Shown: positions 45,088-55,791, numbered from the stretch's first letter. The stretch is DNA of 64,000 nt from Spirochaetia bacterium (GCA_034003955.1 JAVEXO010000004.1:4426-68425); one strand, 5' to 3'. A program made the numbers and translations. Notes: generated by a model from the sequence alone, not told the origin.

Positions 45088-47419
45088 ACACGCCTTGTCA
45101 TTGCTAGACTTTTACCGCATACGAGAGGACGTAGCCGGCTACTGCCTGAGTGAAGAGGGAGGCAGAGAGCTCAGGGCAAGCCTTCCACTAGACGACGCAC
45201 TGGAACTTGCAGAGCTCAAGGCCAGGTCGGCGGCGCTGAGGGATCTGTTTCGTGACAACAAAGGAATTCCATCGGGCAGTTTTATACCGGTTGACGAACC
45301 CGCTCGCATCGTTTCAAAGCAGGGTAGCTGCCTTGCCGTAGACGAGCTATGGGCCTTGGGCATGTGGGCCGATGCCTTTGCTTCACTCATACGCTGGATG
45401 TCCGGCGTTGGGCATGAAGGCCTTGCAAGCGAGCTGTCAGAGGCTCCAGAGCTGTCATCCGTGGCCGCGGCTGCCTTCAGAATTGTTGGCCCCGATGGCG
45501 AGGTCAAGGATCTGCCCGAGCTGCGTGAGATACGTTCCAGGATACGTCGTATAAACATGGACATAGAAAAAACGACGGCGGCGTTTTTTCAGGATGACAT
45601 AACCCGGTCATTTCTTCAGAATGACGTGCCAACCCAGCGTGATGGAAGAACAGTACTGGCTGTAAAGGCTGGCTCCAAGGCCAGGATACAAGGCATTATC
45701 CACGAAGTATCGTCCACCGGACAGACCGTATACCTGGAACCGGAATCCTTGGTCCGCAAGAATAACGAGCTCGTGGAGGAGGAGGCCAGATACCAGCGGG
45801 AGCTTCATCGTGTGCTCCGTGAAACGACGGCACGTCTCCATGGTTTCTCCGATGACATACAGAGGGCAAGGCTCGTCTGTGCCGGTTTCGACGGGCTGTA
45901 CGCGCGTGGGCGTTACTCCCACATGAACGACGGCGTCTATGCCGAGGAGCGCTCCTGTGGCATAGAGCTCATCGGAGCCCGTCATCCAATCCTGGGATCC
46001 AAGGCCGTACCCATAGACTTGCGAATGCCAGAGGGTGCGCGAACCCTCATCATCACTGGCCCCAATACCGGTGGCAAGACGGTATCCCTTAAGATGGCTG
46101 GACTCCTGTCTCTTATGAATCAGTTTGGATTGGCCATACCAGCGGACTATGGTTCTGGCTTGCCTGTCTTCGATGGCGTCTGGGCAGATATTGGCGACGA
46201 GCAGTCCATGGACCAGTCTCTATCGACATTCTCCGGCCACATGAAATCAATATCAGCTATAATAGAAGGAGCCACAGACAGGAGCCTCGTGCTCCTCGAT
46301 GAACTTGGCTCAGGCACCGACCCGGAAGAGGGCTGTGCCATAGCCATGGCCCTCCTTGATCTGTTTATAGATCGAGGCGCCTTGACGCTGGTGACGACCC
46401 ACCACGGCATTCTTAAGAACTTTGGCTACACCAAGGAAGGCGTCCTCAACGCCTCTGTCGACTTTGACAAGGATACCCTCTCTCCTACCTATAGGATAAT
46501 GATGGGGGTGCCAGGAGAAAGCAGAGCCTTGGATATTGCTCAAAAAAATGGTGTTTCAGAGTCTGTCGTATCGGGAGCCAGGCGATATCTACGAGAAGAG
46601 AGAACGGATATATCCTCTCTAATACGAGGCCTGTCTGACAAACATCGCGAACTCGATTCAATGCGAGATGAAGAAAAACGCAGGCTGCGTGAGGCGATGG
46701 AGGAACAGAGGAAAGCCAATCTCAAGGAACTCAAGTTACGGCAGATAGAGACTGAACTCAGGACCCATGGAGTGTCCGAGCTTAAAAACCTCCTGGATGA
46801 GAGCAGGAAGACACTTGAAAATCTGGTGCGCGAGGTCAGGGAAGGTGAACTTACAAAAGAAAAGACACAGCAGGTCAAGGAATTTTTGTCCGTGCTGGAT
46901 GCTCGCGTAGAGGCGGCGGACAGAGAGGCCACGCGTAAGGAGCGTGCCCTCAATGCAAGCCGGGCTCCGACAGGAACCATCAGCGAAGGTTCTGCCGTGC
47001 TCATATTGCCTGCCCGAAAGCGAGGCAAGGTGCTACGCTCCGTAAAAGGTGGCAAGTGGCTGGTGGAGACCGATGCACTCAGGCTTACCGTTGATGCCTC
47101 AAACCTTGAACTAACCGTAGAACTCGAATCCAGCTCTCCCCGTGTGTCACTTGAAACCCTTTCCAGTCGTTCCAATAGAGCCGTCATAGAGCTGGACCTG
47201 CGCGGCTACCGTCTTCTTGAGGCCATAGATGCCCTCGAGCGTCAGCTCGATGCGGCGACGATGGAAGGCTTGAGTGGCTTCTCAATCATTCATGGCACCG
47301 GAGAAGGTGTCCTCCAGCAGGGCGTCAAGGATACCTTGTCACGTTTTCCCGGTATAAAGGATTTTCATTATGCAAGGCCAGAAGAAGGTGGCCATGGCAA
47401 GACTATAGTCGCCTTTTAA
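45080..47419 (+). CDS. mutS2: Endonuclease MutS2 (MutS domain V ATPase plus C-terminal Smr)
   Basis: 'ITGPNTGGKTVSLK', 'VLLDELGSGTDP' and the Smr 'ELDLRGYR...IHGTGEGVL'. The ATG at 45080 overlaps the rsgA stop by 8 nt. Confidence 0.9.
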   Translation: MHEHALSLLDFYRIREDVAGYCLSEEGGRELRASLPLDDALELAELKARSAALRDLFRDNKGIPSGSFIPVDEPARIVSKQGSCLAVDELWALGMWADAFASLIRWMSGVGHEGLASELSEAPELSSVAAAAFRIVGPDGEVKDLPELREIRSRIRRINMDIEKTTAAFFQDDITRSFLQNDVPTQRDGRTVLAVKAGSKARIQGIIHEVSSTGQTVYLEPESLVRKNNELVEEEARYQRELHRVLRETTARLHGFSDDIQRARLVCAGFDGLYARGRYSHMNDGVYAEERSCGIELIGARHPILGSKAVPIDLRMPEGARTLIITGPNTGGKTVSLKMAGLLSLMNQFGLAIPADYGSGLPVFDGVWADIGDEQSMDQSLSTFSGHMKSISAIIEGATDRSLVLLDELGSGTDPEEGCAIAMALLDLFIDRGALTLVTTHHGILKNFGYTKEGVLNASVDFDKDTLSPTYRIMMGVPGESRALDIAQKNGVSESVVSGARRYLREERTDISSLIRGLSDKHRELDSMRDEEKRRLREAMEEQRKANLKELKLRQIETELRTHGVSELKNLLDESRKTLENLVREVREGELTKEKTQQVKEFLSVLDARVEAADREATRKERALNASRAPTGTISEGSAVLILPARKRGKVLRSVKGGKWLVETDALRLTVDASNLELTVELESSSPRVSLETLSSRSNRAVIELDLRGYRLLEAIDALERQLDAATMEGLSGFSIIHGTGEGVLQQGVKDTLSRFPGIKDFHYARPEEGGHGKTIVAF

Positions 47420-47440
47420 CCGAGTCTTCGCCCAGGATTG

Positions 47441-48580
47441 CTATGCCATCCCGCCCAGGTCGGCCCATTCCACGCCTTCACCGTCTGGTATATCCCTGGC
47501 CGCAAGCCGTCCCAGTACGGTAGACAAGAACCGTGGTTCAAGACCCGGCCTCAGCACTTTCTCGGTGCGGAGTATGGCAAGGTCATCGGCTAAAAGACAG
47601 GAACCCCTGGCAATGGGATGCCTGGCGTGGATAGAGCGATTCGTCCTCGTGTAGTGAGCCGCCTCACTGGGAGCCAGATGCTTGCGCCCGTCACCGAAGG
47701 CCGCCTGAACGCGTTCGTATCCAAACATCTCGACAACAGCAGTCATGGCGTCATCTTCTCCTCCGTCCTGTGATAGAAGCGACGTGACGCTCCTGACGGA
47801 GGCAACCATACGGGAAAACTCGGGTGGGGGGAGGGCGATAGGGTCATCGAGCCCGTGATCATGACGGGATAGACAGATATGCTTCTCTATGACGCAGGCT
47901 CCGGCCAGGGTAGCCAGGCTAGGAATGGCCAGGGGATCGGCCGAATGATCCGATACGCCTACTGGCACTCCAAAGATGGTGCATAGGCTCCTGAGTATAC
48001 GCAGGTTGTAGTCTTCTTCAGGGGCTGGATAGGCGGTGACGCAGTGGAGGAGGGCCAGGTTTGCTCCAGGACGCTCGAAGGCGTCTATGGCACGTTCTAT
48101 ATCTGATAGACGTGAAACGCCGCTAGAGAGGATGGTGGGAAGCCCATAGGAGGCCACCTCATCCAGCAATTGGCTATAATTAAGCTCTGGACTCGCTATT
48201 TTCATGGCCGATACGCCAAGTTCCCTGAGTTCTCTGGCGCTACGGATGCCAAACGGCGTGCATAGGAAGATGGCTCCCAGAGATTCTACCTCCTCCTTGA
48301 GACGGGCAAGAAAATCAGGCCCCGTCTCGAGTGCCTTGAATCTATCGTAAAGCGGGGTAGGCCCTCCAGGCAGAGGTACGAGTCCCGTTGCCGGGTGGAT
48401 TATTTCGTCGGCATAGACATGCTGGAATTTGACACAGTCTGCTCCGGCTTCCACTGAGGCGCGAATGAGCTCCAGGGCCTTATCGAGGTCTCCTCCATGC
48501 CCGGTGCCTATCTCGGCTATTATCATGACCCTCTTTGAGTCAAAGACATGTTTACCAACACAAAAGCCAGGGACGCTCAT
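47441..48580 (-). CDS. NeuB-family nonulosonic acid (sialic/legionaminic/pseudaminic acid-type) synthase with a C-terminal SAF domain
   Basis: 'IIAEIGTGHGGDLDKALELIRASVEAGADCVKFQ' and 'VGVSDHS'. The C-terminal 'ARHPIARGSCLLADDLAILR' is SAF-like. GAGGA SD upstream. Confidence 0.8.
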   Translation of the reverse strand: MSVPGFCVGKHVFDSKRVMIIAEIGTGHGGDLDKALELIRASVEAGADCVKFQHVYADEIIHPATGLVPLPGGPTPLYDRFKALETGPDFLARLKEEVESLGAIFLCTPFGIRSARELRELGVSAMKIASPELNYSQLLDEVASYGLPTILSSGVSRLSDIERAIDAFERPGANLALLHCVTAYPAPEEDYNLRILRSLCTIFGVPVGVSDHSADPLAIPSLATLAGACVIEKHICLSRHDHGLDDPIALPPPEFSRMVASVRSVTSLLSQDGGEDDAMTAVVEMFGYERVQAAFGDGRKHLAPSEAAHYTRTNRSIHARHPIARGSCLLADDLAILRTEKVLRPGLEPRFLSTVLGRLAARDIPDGEGVEWADLGGMA

Positions 48581-48679
48581 TCGTAGTTCCTCACGTTAGA
48601 CATAAACATGCTATTCCTCTCGACAAGTAGGTGTGTATACTATAGAATCTTTGCATCGACCACAATCGAGGAGATCAGT

Positions 48680-48925
48680 ATGAAGCACTTGTTCTGCGAT
48701 ATCTGCAAGAAAGAAGTAATTGACCCTATCCCTACGAGGACTTTTTTCGCCATTCGCGAGTTCGATCTATGCGAATCATGCCGGGATGATCTAGAAGCCG
48801 CCATCAAGTATACGGTGCGCGGCAAGAAGCCTTTCGATTTTGCCTGGTATGACAAGCTACGCATAGAGCTCATTCAGGATGGTGCCAAGAAGAACAAGAT
48901 AAGCGTCGCCAAGACCCAGCGCTGA
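48680..48925 (+). CDS. Small zinc-ribbon-like protein (81 aa)
   Basis: The ATG at 48680 is preceded by GAGGAG. 'CDICKKE...CESC' gives two CxxC pairs. Followed by a strong terminator. Confidence 0.5.
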   Translation: MKHLFCDICKKEVIDPIPTRTFFAIREFDLCESCRDDLEAAIKYTVRGKKPFDFAWYDKLRIELIQDGAKKNKISVAKTQR

Positions 48926-48946
48926 TGCCTGGAGTATGGTGAACAG

Positions 48947-48974
48947 CCCCCGCCTTTCAAAGGCGGGGTTTTTT
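48947..48974 (+). terminator. Rho-independent terminator
   Basis: CCCCCGCC-TTTCAAA-GGCGGGG followed by T6. Confidence 0.75.
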
Positions 48975-49047
48975 GCTGTAAAGCCCTGTGTATCACGGCG
49001 TGGTCTCTTGACGTTTTCTGCGCTTTTAATACTTATTAGACCAATCG

Positions 49048-49077
49048 TTGACAGTAAATCACGTCTTATGCTACAAT
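49048..49077 (+). promoter_or_regulatory. Near-consensus sigma70 promoter upstream of yebC-ruvCAB
   Basis: TTGACA (49048-49053), an 18-nt spacer, then TACAAT (49072-49077) with a TGc extended -10. About 93 nt of leader precede the ATG at 49177. Confidence 0.5.
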
Positions 49078-49176
49078 TCAATCGAAAAATTGATGCAGAT
49101 TGCCCTCTTTCATGGTGTTCCGCGCCACGGCGTGTGATGAAAAGGCTTTCGTACTGCTTAAGGGTAAGGAGTCACA

Positions 49177-49920
49177 ATGTCAGGACATAGTAAATGGGCG
49201 ACGATCAAGCATAAGAAGGGTGCAGCCGACGCAAAGCGTGGCCAGATCTTCACAAAGTTGATCAAAGAAATTTCAATTGCTGCTCGCATGGGCGGTGGTG
49301 ATCCCGATTCCAACGCCCGCCTTCGAACTGCCATCCTCAAGGCGCGCGGTGCCAATATGCCCAAGGACAATATAGACAGGTCGATCAAGAAAGGCACAGG
49401 AGAGTTCGGAGACGCTGTATATGAAGAACTCGTCTATGAAGCTTATGCACCTGGTGGTGTAGCCGTTCTGATTGAGGTTCTTACCGATAACAAGAATCGT
49501 GCCGCCGCCGAGGTTCGTAACCTCCTGACCCGTGCTGGCGGATCCCTTGCCACGTCCAACGCCGTTCTTAGACTCTTTTCCCGCAAGGGTGTCATCTCCC
49601 TCGACGGAGAGAAGTACGCAGAAGACAAGATAATGGAACTGGCGCTCGAGGGCGGGGCAGACGACATAGTCAATGAAAACGGCGAAATCGTCGTGTATAC
49701 CACCCCGGAAGCCTTTGAAGCTGTTCTCAATGCCATCAACGAGGACGGCATGGAGACAGACGGCGCCGAAATATCAATGGTTCCAGAAATCTATGTAGCG
49801 ACCGACAAGGATTCAGGTGCCAAGATACAGAAACTCATTGACAAGCTTGAGGAATGCGACGACGTGCAGAACGTCTACCATAACGCCGAGCTGCCTGACG
49901 AAGAAGAAGAAGAAGCGTAA
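49177..49920 (+). CDS. yebC: YebC/PmpR-family DNA-binding transcriptional regulator
   Basis: 'MSGHSKWATIKHKKGAADAKRG' and 'YEAYAPGGVA' are typical of the family. AAGGAG SD upstream. Confidence 0.9.
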   Translation: MSGHSKWATIKHKKGAADAKRGQIFTKLIKEISIAARMGGGDPDSNARLRTAILKARGANMPKDNIDRSIKKGTGEFGDAVYEELVYEAYAPGGVAVLIEVLTDNKNRAAAEVRNLLTRAGGSLATSNAVLRLFSRKGVISLDGEKYAEDKIMELALEGGADDIVNENGEIVVYTTPEAFEAVLNAINEDGMETDGAEISMVPEIYVATDKDSGAKIQKLIDKLEECDDVQNVYHNAELPDEEEEEA

Positions 49921-49926
49921 CACAGG

Positions 49927-50457
49927 ATGGGCGGGCAGCCGTGCGTCCGCGTCCTTGGTATTGATCCCGGCCTCGCGGCCGTTGGATGGGGCGTCGTCGA
50001 TATAGACGGCGCCCGTGCCATATATAGAGGACACGGATGCTGTACCACGAAGGCCGGCGATGATATTGCCGAACGCCTCGCAACAATACGAGACTCAATT
50101 CTGGCCGTGATCGCTGAATATAAACCGACAGAGGCTGCCATGGAGGCGCTATTCTTCTCACGCAACGTGAGCAGCGCCTTTGGTGTAGCCGAAGCCAGAG
50201 GTGTCATTCGGCTTGCCTGCCGTGATGCGGGTCTTCTGATGGCAGAATACGGGCCCATGGACGTCAAGAAGGCGGCTACAGGGTCTGGGCGATCGGGTAA
50301 GGCCGAAGTGCAATCCTTTGTAAGGCTGGTTCTTGGTCTAGACTCGGTGCCTAAACCGGATCATGCCGCAGATGCCTTGGCCGTGGCTCTGTGCCATTGT
50401 CAGGGGCGAAAGATACGGTCTGCCTTGGTTGATGCTACGCGCCGCGGCCGTCTATAA
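49927..50457 (+). CDS. ruvC: Holliday junction resolvase RuvC
   Basis: 'VLGIDPGLAAVGWGVV' and 'DHAADALAVALCH'. Confidence 0.85.
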   Translation: MGGQPCVRVLGIDPGLAAVGWGVVDIDGARAIYRGHGCCTTKAGDDIAERLATIRDSILAVIAEYKPTEAAMEALFFSRNVSSAFGVAEARGVIRLACRDAGLLMAEYGPMDVKKAATGSGRSGKAEVQSFVRLVLGLDSVPKPDHAADALAVALCHCQGRKIRSALVDATRRGRL

Positions 50458-50464
50458 TCCAGGC

Positions 50465-51058
50465 ATGTTCAATGCCATACGCGGAACGCTCTGCTATAAA
50501 AGCGCAGACACGATACGGATAGACACTATGGGTGTGGAGTGGGAATTCTCCGTGCCTTCTAGGTCGGTGGATGCCTTTGGTCGTCTGGGAGACGATACAA
50601 GGGTGCTGACCTGGCTCCTGCATCGTGATGATCAGATGCGCCTCTATGGTTTCGTCAGTGAGGCCGAGCGCTCAGTCTTTCTGGAGCTTATGAGCGTGGA
50701 CGGCATTGGGCCAAAACAGGCCCTGAAGATATTGGGTGGCATAGGAGCCGAAGAATTAGGAGCCGCGCTTGAGTCAGAGGATCTTGCCAGGCTTGAGTCC
50801 ATTCCTGGCTTAGGAAAGAAGACGGCCCAGAAACTTGTTTTTACGCTTAAAGGCAAGTTGCCATCATGCTTTGGCTCGGTAGCGAGCGCTCTGCCTGGAT
50901 TACATGATGATATAGCACGAGCCCTCATAGACATGGGCTACGATAGACGCCGCGTGGCCGACGCCCTGGCCAAGGTGGATGCCGGCCTGCCTGAGACCAC
51001 CCAGGACAGGGAGCAGGAGATGCTGCGGAGAGCCATTGTGGAATTGAGTGCATCATGA
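50465..51058 (+). CDS. ruvA: Holliday junction branch migration protein RuvA
   Basis: 'MFNAIRGTL', the HhH 'L.SV.GIGPK.AL.IL' and '[12 protein letters not shown]'. The ORF-track start at 50363 lies inside ruvC. Confidence 0.85.
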   Translation: MFNAIRGTLCYKSADTIRIDTMGVEWEFSVPSRSVDAFGRLGDDTRVLTWLLHRDDQMRLYGFVSEAERSVFLELMSVDGIGPKQALKILGGIGAEELGAALESEDLARLESIPGLGKKTAQKLVFTLKGKLPSCFGSVASALPGLHDDIARALIDMGYDRRRVADALAKVDAGLPETTQDREQEMLRRAIVELSAS

Positions 51059-52071
51059 GTGATGTAGTATCCGCCAGTTTCGACCCGGCATGGGATGATA
51101 GAGAGAATGTCCTCAGGCCTAAGCGATTGTCTGAATTCCTGGGCCAGGCCTCTATCAAGGCCAATCTTGCGGTGTTCATAGAGGCGGCTAGTAAGCGTGA
51201 GGAAGCCCTCGATCATGTCTTCCTCATGGGGCCGCCAGGATTGGGAAAGACAACGCTTGCAGGTATTGTTTCGCGTGAACTTGGCGTAGACTTCAAGGTG
51301 ACAAGCGCACCGGCCTTGGAGAAACCCAAGGATCTGGCCGGTATACTTACCACCCTTGCACCAAGGTCGGTATTCTTCATAGACGAAATACATCGACTCA
51401 AGCCGGCCATAGAGGAAATGCTCTATATGGCCATGGAGGATGGCGAACTTGACTTCATCATAGGCCAGGGACCTTCCGCTAGAACCCTGCGCATACCCTT
51501 GCCACCATTTACCCTGGTAGGTGCTACGACGAGGGCGGGCATGGTTGGAAGTCCCCTTGTCAGCCGATTTGGAATTAATATACGGCTAGGCTTCTATGAG
51601 AAGGCCGATACCATCGCCATCCTCAGGCGCTCGGCCGGAATCCTTGGCACAGAGCTGTGTGATGATGCTGCAGAGCGTCTGGCTCAGGCTAGCCGCGGTA
51701 CCCCCCGCGTGGCCAACAGGCTGCTACGCCGCATGCGAGACTTTGCCCAGGTGCGCGGTCTTGACTCAATAAACGCGAGCGTCGTCGATGACGGCTTGTC
51801 TCGTCTTGAAGTAGACCATTATGGCCTGGAACGCCACGATCGTGATGTGCTTACGGCCATAATAGAAAAGTTTGGCGGTGGGCCCGTGGGTGCCGACACC
51901 CTGGCAGTCTCCACCAGCGAGAGCATAGAGACGCTGGAAGATTATCTAGAACCATTTCTCATACAGTCTGGATTCATCATGCGTACTCCTCGCGGGCGAA
52001 TAGCCACTCCTCTTGCCTATGAGCATCTTGGTTACAGGAAAGATAATGTTGACGACGGACTTCAGTTTTAG
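51055..52071 (+). CDS. ruvB: Holliday junction DNA helicase RuvB
   Basis: '[12 protein letters not shown]', '[11 protein letters not shown]', 'FIDEIHRL' and '[12 protein letters not shown]'. Confidence 0.95.
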   Translation: MSDVVSASFDPAWDDRENVLRPKRLSEFLGQASIKANLAVFIEAASKREEALDHVFLMGPPGLGKTTLAGIVSRELGVDFKVTSAPALEKPKDLAGILTTLAPRSVFFIDEIHRLKPAIEEMLYMAMEDGELDFIIGQGPSARTLRIPLPPFTLVGATTRAGMVGSPLVSRFGINIRLGFYEKADTIAILRRSAGILGTELCDDAAERLAQASRGTPRVANRLLRRMRDFAQVRGLDSINASVVDDGLSRLEVDHYGLERHDRDVLTAIIEKFGGGPVGADTLAVSTSESIETLEDYLEPFLIQSGFIMRTPRGRIATPLAYEHLGYRKDNVDDGLQF

Positions 52072-53062
52072 TATTCCAGAAGAGCTCATAGCCCAGGATC
52101 CTCCTGCCGTGCGCGGAACATCCCGCCTCCTTCTTTTAGGAAGAGCTAGCGGCTCGATAAGGCATGCGAGTGTAGCCGACATAGCATCATTCGTGCCCCC
52201 TGGCTCCGTCATGGTGTTCAATGACTCTCGCGTCAGAAGAGCCCGCCTGTTTGGAACGAGCCAAGGCGGCGGCAAGGTGGAGATACTCCTCCTCAGACGA
52301 GAGGGGCCTGCCCTGTGGACCGCCTTGACCTCGAGGATGGCCAGGCTTGTACCCGGTAAAACGATACGTCTTCCTGATGGTCTTGAGGCAGAGGTCGTCG
52401 GAACGAGGCCAGATGAGCGCATCCTTAGCTTCTCTCGAGAGATTGACGACGCCTACCTGGAGCGTTACGGCCACTTGCCGCTTCCCCCATACATACGCAG
52501 AGCCGACGTGTGCTCCGATGCCGATCGCTATCAGACCGTGTATGCCAGGGAGCAAGGTTCGGCCGCCGCACCAACCGCAGGTCTCCATTTTACGCCTTCT
52601 ATCCTTGATGCTCTTAGAGAAGCCGGGGTTGATATACGGTTCGTTACCCTGCACGTAGGCCTTGGCACCTTTCTTCCGGTACGGGTTGCGACCATAGAGG
52701 ATCACAGCATGCATCATGAGGAATATACCGTGCCTTTAGAGACGGCTAAGGCGGTCAACGATGCAAAGCGGGATGGCCGCATGGTCGTAGCCGTAGGTAC
52801 GACGAGCGTCAGGACCCTCGAGAGCGCCTGGTCTGACGCAGGCCTCATAAGCGGCCATGGATCCACTGACATCTTCATGTACCCAGGATATGATTTCAAG
52901 GTTGTTGATGCCATGTTCACGAATTTTCATACACCAGAGTCCACCCTCCTCATGCTTGTGTCGGCTTTTGCGGGTAGGGATGCAATTATGGCGGCGTATT
53001 CAGAGGCGATGAAGCAGCGCTACCGTTTCTTTTCGTATGGTGACGCGATGTTTATAAGCTAA
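52046..53062 (+). CDS. queA: S-adenosylmethionine:tRNA ribosyltransferase-isomerase QueA
   Basis: '[14 protein letters not shown]', 'PLPPYI', 'YQTVYA', 'APTAGLHFT' and 'VGTTS.RTLE'. The ATG at 52046 overlaps the ruvB end. Confidence 0.9.
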   Translation: MLTTDFSFSIPEELIAQDPPAVRGTSRLLLLGRASGSIRHASVADIASFVPPGSVMVFNDSRVRRARLFGTSQGGGKVEILLLRREGPALWTALTSRMARLVPGKTIRLPDGLEAEVVGTRPDERILSFSREIDDAYLERYGHLPLPPYIRRADVCSDADRYQTVYAREQGSAAAPTAGLHFTPSILDALREAGVDIRFVTLHVGLGTFLPVRVATIEDHSMHHEEYTVPLETAKAVNDAKRDGRMVVAVGTTSVRTLESAWSDAGLISGHGSTDIFMYPGYDFKVVDAMFTNFHTPESTLLMLVSAFAGRDAIMAAYSEAMKQRYRFFSYGDAMFIS

Positions 53063-53074
53063 GGCGGATATAGA

Positions 53075-54427
53075 GTGAGTAGACGCATAGACGTTCCAAA
53101 GGATCTACAGGACTTTGCCCGGGTATTCTCTGGCTCTGGCTTTTCCTGCTATTTCGTAGGGGGAGCCGTTCGCGACAGCCTCCTTGGGCAGGTGGTCAGT
53201 GATTGGGACGCGGCTACTGACGCAAAACCAGAGGACGTCAAGCGCCTTTTTAAACACGTCATCCCGACAGGCATACAGCATGGTACGGTGACGGTTAGAT
53301 GGCGGGGTGGTTCAATAGAGACGACCACCTTCAGGATAGATGGCGATTACAAGGACGGCCGCAGGCCAGAGAGCGTTCAGTTTACATCGGACCTGACTCA
53401 GGATCTGTCCAGGCGTGACTTTACCATAAACGGTATGGCCGTCTCTCCTTTTTCGGGTGAAATCATAGATTTCAACGGAGGACTCGCCGATCTGGCCTCA
53501 GGCATAATACGCGCCATAGGTGACCCCAGGGAGCGCTTCGAGGAAGATGGCCTGCGGCCACTGCGAGCGGTTCGTTTCGCAAGCAGACTGGGTTTTACCA
53601 TAGATCAGGCTACCCTGGAGGCCATTCCTGCTACCACGGAACGCTTCAGGCAGGTGTCTTTCGAGAGGATTCGGGACGAGTTTACGAAGATACTGGGATC
53701 CACCCGTGCAGGTCGTGGCCTGTATACCCTGGATCAGACGGGCCTGCTTGATGAAATACTGCCCGAGCTGACTGCCTGTAAGGCTGTGGCCCAGGGCGGC
53801 CCCCACCGTCACGACGTCTTTACCCATCTCATAGAAGCCTGTGATGCGGCTCCACCCGATACGGTTATACGCCTCGCTGCACTGCTGCATGACACAGGCA
53901 AGCCTGCAAAACGAAGCGAGGCCCTGGATGGTTCTCTGACCTTTTATGGCCATGATGTTGAATCTGCCGCCATCGCCGAGACCGCTCTTCGTCGCCTCAA
54001 GTACCCTAACGCCATAATAGACGAGGTTGTGCATCTCATACGGCACCACATGTTCGAGTATCAGGATGTCTGGAGCGATGCGGCTGTTAGGCGCTTCGTC
54101 GCGAGGGTAGGGCTGGATCATGTGGACAGCCTGGCCAGGCTGAGGCTGGCCGATTCCAGTGGCATGGGAAACGGTCCTGCCGATCCTGCGAGCGTCTTGC
54201 CCCTGTTGGAACGTATTGAGGCCTTACGAGATAAGGACCAGGCCTTTAGTATCAAGGATCTAGCCATTAGCGGACATGATCTGATTGGCATAGGCTGGCC
54301 GAAGGGGCCTTCCATGGGGCAGGCTCTCTCCGAGCTTCTTGAGGCTGTTCTCGAGGATCCTGAACTCAATACACGTGAGCGGCTCCTCTACATTGCCCAA
54401 AGGATACAGTCTAAATATGGTGTATGA
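53075..54427 (+). CDS. cca: CCA-adding tRNA nucleotidyltransferase / poly(A) polymerase-family protein with an HD domain
   Basis: 'YFVGGAVRDSLLG' with 'DWD' head-domain motifs, 'RRDFTINGMA', and the HD region 'HRHDVFTH...LLHDTGK'. GTG start. Confidence 0.8.
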   Translation: MSRRIDVPKDLQDFARVFSGSGFSCYFVGGAVRDSLLGQVVSDWDAATDAKPEDVKRLFKHVIPTGIQHGTVTVRWRGGSIETTTFRIDGDYKDGRRPESVQFTSDLTQDLSRRDFTINGMAVSPFSGEIIDFNGGLADLASGIIRAIGDPRERFEEDGLRPLRAVRFASRLGFTIDQATLEAIPATTERFRQVSFERIRDEFTKILGSTRAGRGLYTLDQTGLLDEILPELTACKAVAQGGPHRHDVFTHLIEACDAAPPDTVIRLAALLHDTGKPAKRSEALDGSLTFYGHDVESAAIAETALRRLKYPNAIIDEVVHLIRHHMFEYQDVWSDAAVRRFVARVGLDHVDSLARLRLADSSGMGNGPADPASVLPLLERIEALRDKDQAFSIKDLAISGHDLIGIGWPKGPSMGQALSELLEAVLEDPELNTRERLLYIAQRIQSKYGV

Positions 54428-54438
54428 AGCCAGGCTTC

Positions 54439-55206
54439 CTATAATCGTTTCATAGACAAAAGGCGCTCGGCTTCGCTTCCGCCAGAAGCGACGATGGCTT
54501 CATAGGCCATGGCAGCGGCCGCCTGTTCGGCATCTTTCTTTGTCTTTCCCGTAGCCGGCCCATAGACCGATCCAAGCAGGGTGCATTGCATCCAGTAGGT
54601 CCTGTCATGATCAGGGCCGCTTTTCTTGTCAAGATCATAGCTGGGGTAGGAACGATGCCACTTCTGGGCATATTCCTGGAGAAGTGTCTTGTAGTCCTTG
54701 CGGTGGCGGTTGGTCAGCACCTTCTCTATTTCGGGGTCTATGAGGGATAATACAAGGGCCTTTGACTTCTCGAAGCCAGAATCGAGGAAAGCGGCACCAA
54801 AAACCGCCTCAAGGGCATCGGCCAGTATGGCCTTCTTATTGCGTCCACCAGATTTCTCTTCGCCTTTTCCAACCAAGAGCACCGCATCGATGCCTAGCTC
54901 CATGGCTAGTTCAGATAGGGTATCCTCTGAAACGACAAAGCTCTTTATTCTGGCCAGGTCTCCCTCGTTCTTGTCACCAAGAGCCACGAAGAGCCTCGCT
55001 GCCGTTGACATCCCCAAGACGGAGTCGCCAAGAAATTCAAGGCGCTCGTTATTGCCCAGGCATTGAGGATCCTCATTGACGTATGACCTATGGGTTAGGG
55101 CTCTATTGAGTAAGGATTGATCCTTGAAGCGGAAGTGCAATGAACGTTGAAAGGCCGCGAGCGCTTCCAGCCGATCACGACTCAACTCGCCGTAACGGAA
55201 GGGCAC
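54439..55206 (-). CDS. rnc: Ribonuclease III
   Basis: The signature 'NERLEFLGDSVL', then 'ADALEAVFGA' and a C-terminal dsRBD. GTG start. Confidence 0.9.
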   Translation of the reverse strand: MPFRYGELSRDRLEALAAFQRSLHFRFKDQSLLNRALTHRSYVNEDPQCLGNNERLEFLGDSVLGMSTAARLFVALGDKNEGDLARIKSFVVSEDTLSELAMELGIDAVLLVGKGEEKSGGRNKKAILADALEAVFGAAFLDSGFEKSKALVLSLIDPEIEKVLTNRHRKDYKTLLQEYAQKWHRSYPSYDLDKKSGPDHDRTYWMQCTLLGSVYGPATGKTKKDAEQAAAAMAYEAIVASGGSEAERLLSMKRL

Positions 55207-55255
55207 GATCGCGGCCTCCTTAGATGTTCACGGGTTTTTTGCCCGTGATTATCCA

Positions 55256-55489
55256 TCAAACCTGTGACTTGATAAATTCGTACGCGTCGCGTACGGTCTC
55301 GAATTCGTTGGCTTTCTCATCCGGTATGCGGATCTTTAGCTCTTCTTCGATACCGTACACTAATTCATACGTGTCGAGGCTGTCGGCCCCAAGGTCCTGC
55401 CTGAAGCTGGCGTCCAAGTTTATCTTGGATTCTTCAACCTCTAGTTTATCGGCGATGATCTTCTTGATCTTCTCATACAATTCATCCAT
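55256..55489 (-). CDS. acpP: Acyl carrier protein
   Basis: 'LGADSLDTYELV' phosphopantetheine-attachment motif. 77 aa. Confidence 0.9.
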   Translation of the reverse strand: MDELYEKIKKIIADKLEVEESKINLDASFRQDLGADSLDTYELVYGIEEELKIRIPDEKANEFETVRDAYEFIKSQV

Positions 55490-55501
55490 AGCGAATCTCC
55501 T

Positions 55502-55690
55502 TTACGCGTTGGTTTCGGGGGTCAAAACCTGCCTGCCGCGATAGAATCCGCACTTCGGGCAAACCCGGTGGAACAAAACGGCATTGCCGCAGTTGCCACA
55601 GGATACGATAGTCGGAGCAACGAGCTTCATGTTTATGGAGCGTCGGCGGCGAGTTCGTGCCTTCGAAGTATTACATCTAGGTACAGCCAT
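55502..55690 (-). CDS. rpmF: 50S ribosomal protein L32
   Basis: 'MAVPR...SKARTRRRR' and the zinc ribbon 'CGNCG...CPKCG'. Confidence 0.9.
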   Translation of the reverse strand: MAVPRCNTSKARTRRRRSINMKLVAPTIVSCGNCGNAVLFHRVCPKCGFYRGRQVLTPETNA

Positions 55691-55737
55691 ACTAAAACCT
55701 CATTCCCACAATAAGTTCCTGTAACGGATACCGGCGC

Positions 55738-55766
55738 ACTTTAACGAAACAGGGTGTTTTTGTCAA
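55738..55766 (-). promoter_or_regulatory. Candidate promoter for rpmF-acpP-rnc
   Basis: Minus strand reads TTGACA (55766-55761), a 17-nt spacer, then TAAAGT (55743-55738). Confidence 0.4.
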
Positions 55767-55791
55767 TACGCAAGGTAGACGGCACTATGAC

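Noticed and set aside
46540-47187. 215-aa Ser/Arg-rich minus-strand ORF inside mutS2
   Set aside because: It is antisense to the Glu/Lys/Arg-rich coiled-coil linker of MutS2. This is the same mirror-composition artefact.
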